DNA of 64,000 nt from the human T2T-CHM13v2.0 reference genome, Homo sapiens (GCF_009914755.1 NC_060940.1); one strand, 5' to 3'; counted from the first letter of the stretch, positions 41,435-57,799 are shown. Notes: a model not told the origin generated them from the letters alone. A program made the numbers and translations.

Positions 41435-41965
41435 CATCATGTATATAGCAGGTATACAAACACATAAAAATAAACACTTGTATACCCACCGTCCAGCCTA
41501 AAGAAATAGAACTTTCCTGCTGATGAAGTCCTGCCTCTTTCTCCCGTCTCCCTTTGGAGCCAACTGTGGTCCTGAATTATATCATTCCCCTTGAGCTCTT
41601 TATTAGTTTTGTCACACACATACATGTGTGTATACATCATGTATATGCACATATGTATGTGTATATCCTTAATGACAGGCTGATGCATCTGGCATGTTTT
41701 TGAACTTTATGTAAATGAAATATTTCTCACACACACACACACACACACACACACTTCTGTGACTTGCTTTTGTGGCTTCTGTTGCTTCGTGATTCTTCCA
41801 TGTTGAAGTGCACAGCTATAGCTCATCACTGCTGTGCAGTGTTCCACTGCTTGGACGCACAGCTCATTCATTCACGCTCTTGTTAATGGACATTTGGATT
41901 GTCTCTTAGAAGTACTGCTGCTTTGAATACTTGTCTCCTGGTGCATGGGCCAAAGAATTTCTCTA
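41435..41965 (-). mobile_element. Old L1ME-like fragment containing (CA)n at ~41728-41754
   Basis: TTTTTGAACTTTATGTAAATGAAAT and TGGACATTTGGATTGT are antisense L1M motifs. Confidence 0.6.
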
Positions 41966-41968
41966 GGG

Positions 41969-42168
41969 CAGTGGTTCTCAATCCTGGCTGCACTCTACAA
42001 TGACCTGGGAGAGCTTTGCAAAAATGCTGATGCCCTGGGCCCTACTCCAAGGGATTCTGACTGAATTGGGTTTTGGAGAGGAAATCCAGGAATAGGCTTT
42101 TGTTTTGTTTTGTTTTGGTTTATTTTTGGAAGCTATCCAGGTGATTCTAATATGCAGCCAGTGTTCAA
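41969..42168. mobile_element. MER5-family hAT DNA transposon
   Basis: CAGTGGTTCTCAATCCTGGCTGCAC...GGTGATTCTAATATGCAGCCAG. Confidence 0.75.
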
Positions 42169-42746
42169 AGTGACATGAGGGTGACATTGCCCAAAGTATC
42201 CCTACCAACAGGGAGTTCTCACCCGGCCACATTTTCACCAATACTTGGTAAGGTTTCTGTTTAGCCTTCTCCCTGCCACAAGGACAGGCAGCTGGGCTGT
42301 TCACAGTCTCTCTTCTCCAGTGCAGAGACCAGGGTGCTTCCAGCATGCCAGGCTCCGCTGTGGGGTTCTCCCTTCAGCCCCACTGCCTGCCTGTGCCCTT
42401 GGACCCCACTGTTACACACGAGGGCCCATTCTGCAGCTCAGGGGTATCTTCATCTGGAGCAGGTTTGCACCCTCATCTGCTCTCCCTTCTCTCCTGTCCA
42501 CACTCTGGCTCCAAAGCCTCTGCTCTCATCTCCTTCCAAGTATTTTGTGGTTCTGTTTTGGCTGCCTCCTAACCCCAAGGAAGGTAATGGTTTGTCTCTG
42601 CTGTCCCCTCCATTTACTGATTTTGAATGATTTCGGAAGGGGGAAGTCCCAAATGTACACTGCCAAGTTCTAAGCTAGAGACTTTAGAAAACTAAAAAAG
42701 AAGAAATATTACACCCCCAGCCCCATCTCGGTCCACATTGGGCTGA

Positions 42747-43381
<635 letters not shown>

Positions 43382-43954
43382 AGGCCTCAGTACTTTTAAG
43401 AGGTGCTCAGGTGAATGATGGCAGCAGGTTACCCTCCCAGTCTCACCCTTTCCTCAGATGTAAGATGAGGTTGCATTCAGTGATTATAAGAGCCCATGTT
43501 GGCTCCAATACTGTGAGCTTGCTGAACGCTGAAACCTCTAGCCTGTCTGGCTGTTGCCTCACTGGGTGCAGGTGTAGGTGCAGGTGTGTCTGAGCCCCCG
43601 GCCCAGGTGTGTCCTGCTGATTGGCAAGGACTCTTCCCTCACTCTGGGCCCCAGACTCCGAGCTAGCTGGCTTGCCCCGGACCCTGTGGAGTGACACGGC
43701 AACTGCCGGCATAAAATCATTAACTATGCCAACTGCAGCAGACAGGAGATGGCAGTATCCTTTTTGCCAGCAACAGCTGGGACTCAGAGCAAGAATCGGC
43801 GAGGGCTTGTGGCATTTGCTAGGCCTGTCCAGGAAGCTCTGGCTCAGGATCTCTTGTCCTCAACATGGAGGTTGAGATTTTTGTCCTTCATATGGGCAAG
43901 TGCAGCAGAAGCAACCAACAGTGGCCCTGCAGCTTAATAATTATGTTACTATCG

Positions 43955-45240
<1,286 letters not shown>

Positions 45241-45375
45241 TGTGTATAAAAGGGGCTTTGGAGCCAAACTTCAATTAGCCAAACAAACAACTAAAATCCA
45301 CCAGCAGGGACTAGGATAAGCAAAGCAAACTTGGAGAATCAAATCAAGTTTCAAGGACAGATATCAATGAAAACT

Positions 45376-45381
45376 TTTATT
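45376..45381 (-). terminator. CIAPIN1 polyadenylation signal
   Basis: AATAAA on the minus strand (TTTATT on +), ~970 nt after the stop codon. Confidence 0.8.
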
Positions 45382-46344
45382 TACTGGTAAAATATAAAAA
45401 TCCAGGTCTCTTAAATCCACACAATCTCTCCAAATATTTGGCAAGATTGATTCCAAGTCCATATGGGTGGATAACAAGAACAAAGGGGTCTCTGCTCAGA
45501 GAGACGTATTGTCGTTCAGAGTTCTGCCCTGCTTCCCTCTAAATGCTCACCAACCTGGACTCTTCTAAAGTGGGCAGACAAGCCCTATTCTAAGCGTAGG
45601 AATAGCCCCATTTGTGCGTGACACTAAGTTCCTCCAATGGTCCAAACTGAGCGTGGATGACTATCCAACATCACACACAAATGCACATCCCCTCTCTTTA
45701 CAAGACATGCAGAATCTCAAGATATGTCAAGATATGCAGCAAGTTTAATACCTGAAGGTTAACATAAATGACAACAGGACACAGATGCAATGCTACAGTC
45801 AAATGTGGTTGGGGATGGAAGGGGGCAGAGGGACACTGGATATCATCACAGCAACCAGTGAGTGAGTCCTCTGGTGCCCTGAGGAGGTTGTGAGCCACTT
45901 GACTCGTGTCACAAAGAATGGAGTAAACTAACAACTCTGAAAGACAAGAGGGTGGCAGCATTGCTGAGATGAGACTCAAGGCAGGGGTCTGCAGCTCTGT
46001 CACAGAGTGTTAATGCTCAACGATGCCTGGGCTCAAGAGCGTTCTGGTCAGCATTTTAACATCAGAAGAAGGGCTTCTTCAGGACACACTCCCTTCTCTT
46101 AACATGAGGTGAAGAAACCCATCCCATTCTGAAACCAGGTCCCATAATACCTTGGTCTTTTGATACACAGCAGCACTACACACCACTGTGCCCCCCAGCC
46201 AGCTTCACTCTGTCTGCTAAGCACCCACTCTGCAAACAGATCTCAGAGTGAACAAATCCAGAGGAGGTGGGAGGAGCCACCATGGTGGGATGTGAGGGAC
46301 AGGAGTTGGCTGGAGGAGCAGATGGGTCCCATGTCAGGAACCTC

Positions 46345-46455
46345 CTAGGCATCATGAAGATTGCTATCACTCAGAAGCACCTTTTCCCCAGGTTTGAAGG
46401 CTGGCATCCCAAGGTAGGGGCAGCTGGCACAGCGGAAGGCATCGCCCAGGTAGCA
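46345..46455 (-). CDS. CIAPIN1: Anamorsin (Fe-S assembly protein, Dre2 homologue), last coding exon
   Basis: Acceptor CTCTCTCTCCAG; [39 protein letters not shown]. The eight exons total 939 nt, i.e. 312 aa plus stop. Confidence 0.96.
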   Translation of the reverse strand, partial: CYLGDAFRCASCPYLGMPAFKPGEKVLLSDSNLHDA

Positions 46456-46627
46456 CTGGAGAGAGAGAATGGGGAAGCCAAGGGTCAGCTTATCCCAGGC
46501 ATACCAGCCAGAAGAAAGAAATGCCTAATTTCATAATGTGGCCACAGTGGCCTGAAGGAAATGGCTATGTTTGCAGGTCCAATTGAGACCAAAATACTAA
46601 GAGTTTTCAAGATTTCTGGTTTCGTGA

Positions 46628-47118
<491 letters not shown>

Positions 47119-47432
47119 CATAGTTCTATATTCTATGCAGTTCAAAACACAACCAACTTTAGCTAACTGTCTAACCATCAGGTCCCACTCTGAAGTACAA
47201 AGAAATGGGCCAAAAATAAAAAGCAACAAGACCCTCCCTGACCAGCACAAGCACGCTAACCCACTCTCACTCTCAGGAGACAGCCTCTCTCCCCATTACT
47301 ACCTACGTTCGTGTGCTCACGCATTCGTCTGTTACTAAAATATTTGAGGTGGAGCTTGTCTGTGTTTAGTTTAGAAGAAGGTCTAATCCCCCTGGGGGTT
47401 TGTGAATGCTGAGGAATGATCCTGATATTTAC

Positions 47433-47514
47433 GTTTCCACAAGCTGACTTGGGTTGGGAGCTCATCTGTTCCCTTGACTTCTCTTTTTCCAGTTCTTCGG
47501 CAAGGCCACAGGTG
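47433..47514 (-). CDS. CIAPIN1: CIAPIN1 coding exon 7
   Basis: (C)[27 protein letters not shown]; AG/GT boundaries; 82 nt. Confidence 0.95.
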
Positions 47515-47977
47515 CTGCGGGAAAATCAGTAACTAATGAACGAGAATTGTCACCACCCAGAAATCCCAAATCCTAACAGTGCCAAAATGTGCTTTAAGCC
47601 TTTTCTCTTCACACCAGTGTCATAACTCAGAAGCCTATAGGCCAGGCAGACAGCAGCAATATGAGAGGCTGCTGAGGGAGACAGAAGTGGGAGGAGGATG
47701 AGGGAAGTACCGTGTGTGCTCTGTCTACAGAGGGCAGCCACTACTCAAGCTTCAGCTGGTTATCATGCTGGGGAAAGTGGACCCAGATTGCCATATTTTC
47801 CAAATTCAAGAACAGAAGGGAAAAAAATCTGTGTTTTCACTTGAAATTTCCTGATTTGTAAATGCTGGCAGCTTTTACATTTAAAAAACACTGATGATTA
47901 ACGCTGATGATGAACATCACTGATTAACTTTCTACAATCCTTCCCATCCATTTATAAAAACAAATGTGAAGACACCA

Positions 47978-48230
<253 letters not shown>

Positions 48231-48325
48231 AAAATGTATGTTCTAAAAATAGTACAGCACCGCGATGTCTTCAGCATGAAGCCACTGGAGGCAGCATGGC
48301 AGGCTCCAGTCACCCCAGCACTCAC

Positions 48326-48441
48326 CAGTTCTTACAGGCCTTCCTCTTTTTCCCTTCCCCACAAGAAGCAGCCCGCAGGGAAGCTGGATCTGGCTTCTTC
48401 AAATCTTCTGGATCCAGCAGCTCATCTGAGTCAATGAGATC
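48326..48441 (-). CDS. CIAPIN1: CIAPIN1 coding exon 6
   Basis: [38 protein letters not shown](C); start of the CX8CX2CXC motif; 116 nt. Confidence 0.95.
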
Positions 48442-49205
48442 CTGGAGAGTGTTCAAAGCAATGAGTGATACAGTCGTGGTCTCTGCTAATGAAAAGCTAA
48501 AGTGACTGCAGGCTTCGAGAGGAAACTTGGAGTCCAGGGTAAAGAAGGTGTCCACCCTGTCCTCCTTTTGGTTGATCATCATGTTCAACCTGACCACATG
48601 CTCAAGAGGCCAACGGTGAGTTAAACTACATCCACAGAAGATGCACTAGGATGCAAAGGAATTAGAAACAAATTTACATGAGAAAAAGCTGTATGACTGG
48701 CCAGCAATGTGTAGAGAATATACACATGTTGGGGGTTGGGGGCAGGAGTGGGGAGAAGGGAGGGAACAGGCAGAACAGAGAAAGAGAGAAGTGTTTATGA
48801 AGAGTCACGTGAAAAAGGGAATAAAATATCTTTTACATAATCCCAGATAAAAATCAAATAATTATATATACCTTTATGTAATTCTTTGTAAATGTGTAGA
48901 CACTTAGTCTGTAAACCCTATGAGAGCATGAACCTCACTTATTTTGCTCACTACTCTAACTTCAATAGTAGAGGTGTAGAAATGAAGAACTTTATTACAG
49001 ACATGGCCAAAGATAGAAAATAGTGCTTTTTAAAGCATGGAACAGTCAGCAACTTGCCCAAAGGTGCCAATAAAACTATTTAAGCTGACAAAATCTTTTC
49101 AGGTTTACACATGCCCACAAGAGTTTTCAACATATCGTATGAAGTGAGAACAAGAAATTATGTGGGGAAAAAGAGATGCTAAAAAATTTAAAATGCCACC
49201 AACAT

Positions 49206-49496
49206 GGCCAAGCGCAGTGGCTCACACCTGTAATCCCAGCACTTTGGGAGGCCGAGGCGGGCAGATCACTTGAGGTCAGGAGTTTTGCGACCAGTCTGGC
49301 CAACATGGTGAAACCCCGTCTCTGCTAAAAACGCAAAAATTGGCCAGGTGTGGTGGCACATGCCTGTAATCATAGCTACTTGGGAGGCTGAAACATGAGA
49401 ATCGCTTGAACCCGGGAGCAGAGATTGCAGTAAGCCGAGATTGTGCCATTGCACTCCAGCTTGGGCAAGAGAGCGAGACTGTCTCCAAAAAAAAAG
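49206..49496 (+). mobile_element. AluS
   Basis: Full dimer; TSD GCCACCAACATGG. Confidence 0.9.
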
Positions 49497-49661
49497 CCAC
49501 CAACATGGAGTTTCCTTCTAAATCAAAGATGTGACAGGCATAGTCACAAATCTGGGCTTTAAATACGTTCACACCTACAAGTCCAGAAAGGTCACTATAG
49601 CTGTTCACACCCAAACTGGGGCCTGAAAGAAAGCAATCAAGTGACAATGCTGCCAGCTCAC

Positions 49662-49735
49662 CATGCTGTCGTCCTCCATATCGTTGGCTGAGAGGGTCCA
49701 CAGCTTGGCAGCAGCAGGGTCCACAGCAGGTTTCA
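49662..49735 (-). CDS. CIAPIN1: CIAPIN1 coding exon 5
   Basis: (V)[24 protein letters not shown]; AG/GT boundaries; 74 nt. Confidence 0.95.
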
Positions 49736-50698
49736 CTGAGTCCAAGCAATAAAAGAAAAAACTCCATAAACACAGTCAGAAACTATTAATTACAAACATA
49801 CATAAATGCTTCCTGCTGTGTAGAAGAGAACACACTGGCCTGGGAGGCAGAAGATGTGGGTTCACAGTCCAGCTCTACCCCTCTGAGAGGTCTGACCTTG
49901 GGCCAACCACTTGCTGATAGTTACAGAAGTCACCATTTGCTAAGCTCTTGCTTTGCACCAGGCACCATATTAAGCACTTATATACATTATCTAACTTAAT
50001 TCTGCTGACAACCTTATGAGGTAACTATCTGTCATCCTACTTTTACCGCTGAGGAAACAGGTTTAGACACTTAGGCTGGTTCCACAGGCTGCAAAGCCTG
50101 TCTGATGCTTTTAACCTCCATTCCATATTGCTTCCTCCTCGATACCTTAGTTTCCATTCTATAACATGAAGTTAAATTGTACTTCCTATGTTACTGCAGG
50201 TGTTTTGAGGATTAAATGAGAAATGTGTCAAAACCTTCAAAAATAGCAGAGCTTTAGCCTCATGTAAACCTGCTACATACAAGAAAATAGGCTCTAGAGC
50301 TGCTGGTGGCAAGGTAACACCATCAGTGGCAGACAAACCTCACACTTCCTGGTTCTCTGTCTAGTCAGGAGAATGCAAGGAAGAGGCAGAGAGCTGAGGC
50401 TCGGATGCAGTGTGGGCAAATCCTCGCAGGCCCTTGGGGTAAGAGTACCCTCTAGTGATCATTGTCACAGCTGGATGCTCATACCTTCCACAAGGCCAAC
50501 TGTTCTAAGCTATTCCTACCCATTCTGGAACCATGAATCGAAAGGTTAGATTCCAAAGGATTTCTTGAAGATTTAGGTTAGACAGTCAAAACCGTACAAG
50601 TGGGAATGTACCAGTAAATATCTGTTAATGTCTGCATACCTCACAGCTGGGTCAATTCAGGCATTTAAAAATAGGGATAGGAAGGATGAGGATGGAGC

Positions 50699-50742
50699 TG
50701 TGTGTGTGTGTGTGTGTGCGTGCGCGTGCGTGCACGCGTGTG
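50699..50742. repeat. (TG)n/(CG) microsatellite
   Basis: Alternating purine-pyrimidine run. Confidence 0.88.
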
Positions 50743-51218
50743 CTTGTACACAATTTTCTAGTCAGAAGAAATATAGTTTTATAAGTGTCTTAGCATCCTC
50801 AAAGTAAGAACAGCTGATTTTCCTGGCATGGGGAAAAAAGCACATGAGAACAGGAACAGGGCACTCTCATACACCATTACCACTACACTGTGAGGTCTTC
50901 TGAGGAGAAACGTTAATTCTGGGACCTGGAAGGACCTCATTAATTAAACTGTGTGACTCAGTCCTGTAAAATTAGGAGGCCTCGGTATCTTCTGGTGCAG
51001 AAGAAGGAGCTGAACTAGATAATACCTATGTATTATTTCAGTTTTGGATCCTAATATGCCCATGATAATAGTACATTAAGTATTCTTCTTTGTGGAAATG
51101 GCAGAAATCAAAGGACTAATCCTCTAAAAATATCACCATCTCATTTATTGCTGGCTCAATTTCTAACATGTCCCTCTAAGCCCATTCAAACAGAAGAATG
51201 TCCCTAGGCCAGCCTTAC

Positions 51219-51387
51219 CTGAAGGAGAAGACTTCTTGGTGATGGAAAGCTTAAGCTGCCTAGAAGAACCCACTTCAAAGTTTGGTTTTTTGCCTGTGAT
51301 CTGAACAAACAGCAGGTTGTCACTTTCATGACCAAGGTGTTCTCGAACAGACTGTACTTCCTCAGGGGTTAGGGGCTCCCGCTGCAG
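51219..51387 (-). CDS. CIAPIN1: CIAPIN1 coding exon 4
   Basis: [56 protein letters not shown]; 169 nt; TAG acceptor, GTAAGG donor. Confidence 0.95.
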
Positions 51388-52186
51388 CTAGAATTCAAGA
51401 CATCAAAAGGATTAGTTCACCCTCCTCTGTAAAATGGTTTACTATGTCTACCTACACAGGAGTCAAAGACTCATTTCTGTGCATTAAGGATGTAACAGTG
51501 GATGGTAACAGATAACACTTTATGCCTCACATTCAGTTTCTCACTGATCAGAACCCTAGAGTATAACCTTTGTCTGCATGTTTACTTGGAGCCTACCCCT
51601 TGGAAAATGTAAAAGTACTTAAAAAACATTAGGGATGAGGCATATACTAGTTATTTGGGATGTAATACAATTATGAAAATGAACCAGATGTGGTCCTACT
51701 GTGTAACAGGAAAGAATGCCCACAATGAAGACAGCAGAAATTTATATCCCAAAAGAAAAAGGGGGAGGAAAATCCTTTCTATGTTCCTTGGGATAAAGTA
51801 GCAGAGAGTAAAGGTAGAAAAAAAGGGTCAGGGTGCCACCTCTATGTCCAATAATTATAGACTGGTTACATAAATCACAGTCCATCTATTGTATGGAATA
51901 CTATTACATCATTAATATGAATGAAGGGAAATACACTGAAGTAGGTAAGTGTCTATGATATCTAAGGGTGGGAAAAAAGGTGATTGAACAATGTATACTT
52001 ATGATCTTATTTACATTTTTAAAAAAGTATGTGCATGTAGATGCTTGTAAATACATAGGAAAAGGTCTGAACGGACATACAAAAAGGCATTGGTGGCTTC
52101 CTCTGGGGAGGGAAGTGTGAGCAAGAAGTGGGATGTCACTTTATATTCTGTATGCTTTGGTGTAAAGTGAATTTTTATGAGGAGTC

Positions 52187-52593
52187 TGATATAGTTTGGA
52201 TATGTGTCCCCTCTAAATCTCATGTTGAACTGTAATCCCCAATGTTGGAGGTGGGGCCTGGTGAGAGGTGACTGGATCATGGGGGCAGATTTCTCATGAA
52301 TGGTTTAGCACCATCTGAATTCTCATGAGATGTGGTGGTTGTAAAGTATGGCACCTTCCCCACCCCGACTCTTCCTCTCTTTCTTGATCCTGCTTTTGCC
52401 ATGTGATGTGCCTGCTCCTGCTTCACCTTCTGCCACGAGTAAAAGTTCATTGAGGCCTCCCTAGAAGCCAAGCAGTTGCAGGCCCGTGCTTCCTGTACAG
52501 TCTGCAGAACAGTGAGCCAATTAAACCTCTTGTCTTTATAAATTATTCAGTCTTAGGTATTCCTTTATAGGAACAGAAGAATGGCCTAATACA
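52187..52593 (+). mobile_element. MSTA/MSTB MaLR solo LTR
   Basis: TGATATAGTTTGGATATGTGTCCCC...AATCTCATGTTGAACTGTAATCCCCAATGTTGGAGGTGGGGCC...GGCCTAATACA. Confidence 0.85.
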
Positions 52594-52692
52594 CATTCCT
52601 TATTTTAAAATCAAGCACAGAAAACCTTAAGCTAAAAGGAAAAATAAGAAAGGGTTGGCATAAAGAATCTAAGGCCTGGCATAAAGAATCTA

Positions 52693-52992
52693 AGGCCTGG
52701 CTCACGCCTGTAATACCAGCACTTTGGAAGGCCAAGGTGGGTAGATCACCTGAGGTCAGGAGTTAGAGAACGGCCTGGCCAACATAGCGAAACCCCATCT
52801 GTACTAAAAATACAAAAAATTAGCCAGGTGTGGTGGCGCACGCCTGTAATCCCAGCTACTCGGGAGGCTCAGGCAGGAGAATTGCTTGAACCCAGGAGGC
52901 GGATGATGCAGTAAGCAGAGATCGTGTCACTGCACTCCAGCCTGGGCAACAGAGCGAGACTGTCTCCAAAAACAAGAAAAAAAATTAAAAAA
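52693..52992 (+). mobile_element. AluS
   Basis: Dimer; target site AAAGAAT(C/T)TAAGGCC. Confidence 0.88.
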
Positions 52993-53363
52993 CAAAGAAT
53001 TTAAGGCCCTACATTATGTAAGAAATAACAGGCACAACAGCTATCATGCTGTAACATTTACCTCTCCCACATCCAAGAAAATTTTAAGATCAAAGAGTGT
53101 AGAAATATAAATACTTCTGCTTAATTTAAACATTTCCACTGAATTGTCAGAAAAGGAACTTTGCCCTCTAACCTATTCCAGCCTCCCACCAAAAATGTGA
53201 GGCTGAACTAGATGGCAGTGTTCACCCAGGCCTAGGATTCGGGTCTACTGAGAGGTGGGTGTTGGAAGCAGCAGAGCTGCTGCTCATGCCCCTCAGCTGT
53301 CACCACCACTAAACTAGTACCAAGGAGACAAGAACAAGCCCCAGCCCACATGGGCCAAGCTGA

Positions 53364-53702
<339 letters not shown>

Positions 53703-53830
53703 GATTCTCCCAAGTTTTGTCCTTTGAAGCATCATGTATCTTACATGCACAGCATTTCTTGTTTCCTAGTTCTAAGCAATACTGATTACCTCACCTGCAG
53801 GGCAGCAAAGAAAGTTGTCTACAAACGTAC

Positions 53831-53907
53831 CTCTTTCACTTCCACAAGACCAGAAAGAGTCAGGGCTGAACACAGCTTAGATGCTGTCTTCACTTTGCTA
53901 TTGTTAT
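53831..53907 (-). CDS. CIAPIN1: CIAPIN1 coding exon 3
   Basis: (D)[25 protein letters not shown]; 77 nt; CAG acceptor, GTACGT donor. Confidence 0.95.
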
Positions 53908-54010
53908 CTGCCAAAAGGAAAATCCCAATTAATAGCTTTATAGTTCAAAGTAGGAAAAATAATAAAGGCTCAATCCTATATGGGTTCGCAGGCATTCAAA
54001 CAATAATAAC

Positions 54011-54663
<653 letters not shown>

Positions 54664-54684
54664 TATATATATTTTAGTGATATT

Positions 54685-55000
54685 ATTTTATTATTATTAT
54701 TATTATTATTATTTTTGAGACAGGGTCTCACTTTGTCACCCAGGCTGGAGTGCGGTGGCATGATCTCAGCTCATTGCAGCCTCGACCTCCCAGGTTCAAG
54801 CAATCTTCCTGCCTCAGCCCCCACCAAGTAGCTGGGGTTATAGGTGTGCACTACCACACTGGGCTAATTTTTGTATTTTTTGTAGAGACGGGGTTTCGCC
54901 ATGTTGCCCAGGCTGGTCTCGAACTCCTGGACTCAAGCAACCTGCCTGCCCCAGCCTCTCAAACTGCCGGGATTACAGGTGTGAGCCACTGTGCCTGGCC
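54685..55000 (-). mobile_element. AluJ
   Basis: Antisense dimer with TTA tail. Confidence 0.88.
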
Positions 55001-55544
55001 ATAGCGATACTATTTTAATTTGACAAATCCTTTTTGTTGTTCGAAGTGTTTTTACCTAAGCTCTTAAATGTTATAATTCCATTATTATTGTTTTTTTATC
55101 ACTCTCTGCTTCTTGAAACCCCTTCCAGAGGTTGTGAGATAATGACTATGAAAAGAGGCTTATGAACTGCAAAGTGCACAGAAACACAAGTATTCCTTCT
55201 GAATAGTTCCTTTTTTATCTCTGTATAGTTCTAAGACACTACATTTAGTCATGTAAGGTTTAAATTCCCAGCAAAGAATGCTGATTTATACTACACATAA
55301 CACAAAGTTCTATTTCCAAATAAACAATGAACACCTTTATACATTTCAAAATACTTTCATTTCTATTATTCTATTTGATGAAATGGTTATGTTTTGACTG
55401 AAAGTCTAGTGAAAAATATTAAAAATCCAGACTTGAATCACTCTGACAGCTATACCACCGATCAAAAAAGTTTTTACTTCATGAACACTGTCATTAGTTT
55501 CACATGAATCAATAATTACCACATCATTCCCAGGGTTCGGCCAC

Positions 55545-56250
55545 TATTTTTAAACTTTTAATTTTGAAATAACTATAGATTCACAGGAAGTTGGAAAAAA
55601 CAAAAAAAAGTTCTGTATATTAAGGAGGTCTTCACTTCGTCCCTCCCCACAGTTAACATCTTACCCAATTATAGCATGATATGAAGACCGGGAAATTGAT
55701 ATTGATGGTCCACATAACTTTTTCAGATTTCATTTCTTTTATATGTACTCGTTTGGCAGAAGGGGGCTATATAGTTCTATGTAATTTTATTATATGTGTA
55801 GATTTGTGTAACCACCACGACATTCAGAACACAGAATTGTTCTATCACCACAGGAACCCTCATACTACCCCTTTATAGCTCCACCAACCCTTTCCTCCCA
55901 CTTCTAACCTCTGGCAAACTCTGATCTCCACCGCCACAATTTTGTTATTTCGAGCATATGAATGGATTTGTACAGTACAGAGCCTTTTGAGATTGGCTTT
56001 TTTCACTCAGCTACTTCCCTTGATATCCATCCAAGCTGATGTACATATAGTTAGCTAGTTCATTTTTATTGCTGCATCACTTTCCATATTATGAACATAT
56101 CAAAGTTTATTCACCTGCAAAAGGACCCATTTTTAGATGGCAGTTTCCTTCTATTTTATTACATAATGAGTCAGCCAAAGATTACAATTTCTCCAGATAT
56201 GTTGCTTCAGATTTTAACAATAATTTATCCCCAAGGAAAAGGTTTTGCTA
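55545..56250 (-). mobile_element. Old L1M fragment
   Basis: TTTTGAAATAACTATAGATTCACAGGAAGTTG and CTTTTGAGATTGGCTTTTTTCACTCAGC are antisense L1M 3'-end motifs. Confidence 0.7.
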
Positions 56251-56356
56251 CAGGAATACTGATCTCCCAATGATACCTCCTGCTCACGGAGATGCAGCAC
56301 ACATACTCTAAGACTCAACCCTGTCAAACATGTTTTCCAAGTGAAGATCTCCTTAC

Positions 56357-56509
56357 CTACAGCTGTCTCTACTGGCTCCTTCAGAAAAAGACATCCACCA
56401 GGCCGAAGGATCCGGGCGATTTCAGCCAAAATCTCAGCACTGTGCAGAGTGGTGCTTCCTGGGACTAAACCTGACAAAATAATGTCAAAGCTGGATTCTT
56501 TGTGGGCAG
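56357..56509 (-). CDS. CIAPIN1: CIAPIN1 coding exon 2 (methyltransferase-like domain)
   Basis: (S)[50 protein letters not shown]; 153 nt. Confidence 0.96.
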
Positions 56510-56729
56510 CTGAAAAGAAGAGGACTCTAATTAGCAATCTCCTGAGCCTGGGATAATCTCCTGGTCCCTTCCAACCCCCAACAAAAGCTACAGACCTCAC
56601 CCTGAGAGAATGGACACCACTCGATATCCATCCAAGAAGCTGGATGAATAGTAAGTGTTTTAAAAAAACATGGAATAGCTACCAAGAAAGAACATACTTA
56701 TGGAAATCATCAACTACACTCCTAAGCTC

Positions 56730-57799
56730 TGCTGCAGGAAGTGAGGGACCCCAAACGGAGGGACCGGCTGAAGCCATGGCAAAAGTACACAAATTGTGAA
56801 GATTTCATGAACATTTATTAGTTCCCCAAATTAATACTTTTATAATTTCTTACGCCTGTCTTTACTGCAATCTCTGAATATAAATTGTGAAGATTTCATG
56901 GACATTTATCACTTCCTCAGTCAATACTCTTGTGATTTCCTATGCCTGTCTTTACTTTAATCTCTTAATCCCGTCATCTTCATAAGCTGAGGATGTATGT
57001 TGCCTCAGAACCCTGTGATGATTGCGTTAACTGCACAAATTGTTCATAAAGCATGTGCATTTAAACAATACGACATCTGCGCACCTTGAAAAAAGAACAG
57101 GATAACAGCGATGTTCAGGGAACAAGGGAGATAACCATCAGGTCTGACTGCCTGAGAGCCAGGCGGAACAGAGCCATATTTCTCTTCTTACAAAAGTGAA
57201 TAGGAGAAATATCACTGAATTCTTTTTCTCAGCAAGGAACAGCCCTGAGAAAGAGAATGCGTTCCTAGGGGGAGGTCTCTAAAATGGCCACTCTGGGATG
57301 TCTGTCTTATATGGTTGCAGATAAGGGATGAAATAAGCCCTGGTCTCCCGTAGCACTCCCAGGCCTGTTAGGACGAGGAAATTCCCACCCAGTAAATTTT
57401 AGTCAGACCAGCTGTCTGCTTTCAAACCCTGTCTCCTGATAAGATGTTATCTATGACAATGCGTGCCCGAAACTTTATTAGCAATTTTAATTTCGCCCCA
57501 GTCCTGTGATCTCGCTCTGCCCCCGTTTGCCTTATTTTATTGCCTTGTGAAGCATGTGATCTCTGTGACCCACACCCTATTCGTACACTCCCTCCCCTTT
57601 GAAAATCACTAATAAAAACTTGCTGGTTTTGCGGCTTGAGGGGCATCACGGAACCCGCCGACATGTGATGTCTCCCCCGGACACCCAGCTTTAAAATTTC
57701 TCTCTTTTGTACTCTTTCCCTTTATTTCTCAGACCAGCCGACACTTAGGGAAAATAGAAAAGAACCTACGTTGAATTATTGGGGGTGGTTCCTCCGATA
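56730..57799 (+). mobile_element. MER11 (HERV-K HML-8) solo LTR, ~1.07 kb
   Basis: TGCTGCAGGAAGTGAGGGACCCCAAACGGAGGGACCGGCTGAAGCCATGGC start; repeated AAATTGTGAAGATTTCATG; AATAAA at 57611; ends TCCTCCGATA. Confidence 0.88.

Noticed and set aside
45698-46003. 101-codon ORF in the CIAPIN1 3' UTR
   Set aside because: Non-ATG start as listed, no domain, and a length within chance expectation; it would need Ribo-seq support.
53205-53221. Second CTCF-like motif (GAACTAGATGGCAGTG)
   Set aside because: Lacks the conserved CC at the start of the core; too weak without binding data.
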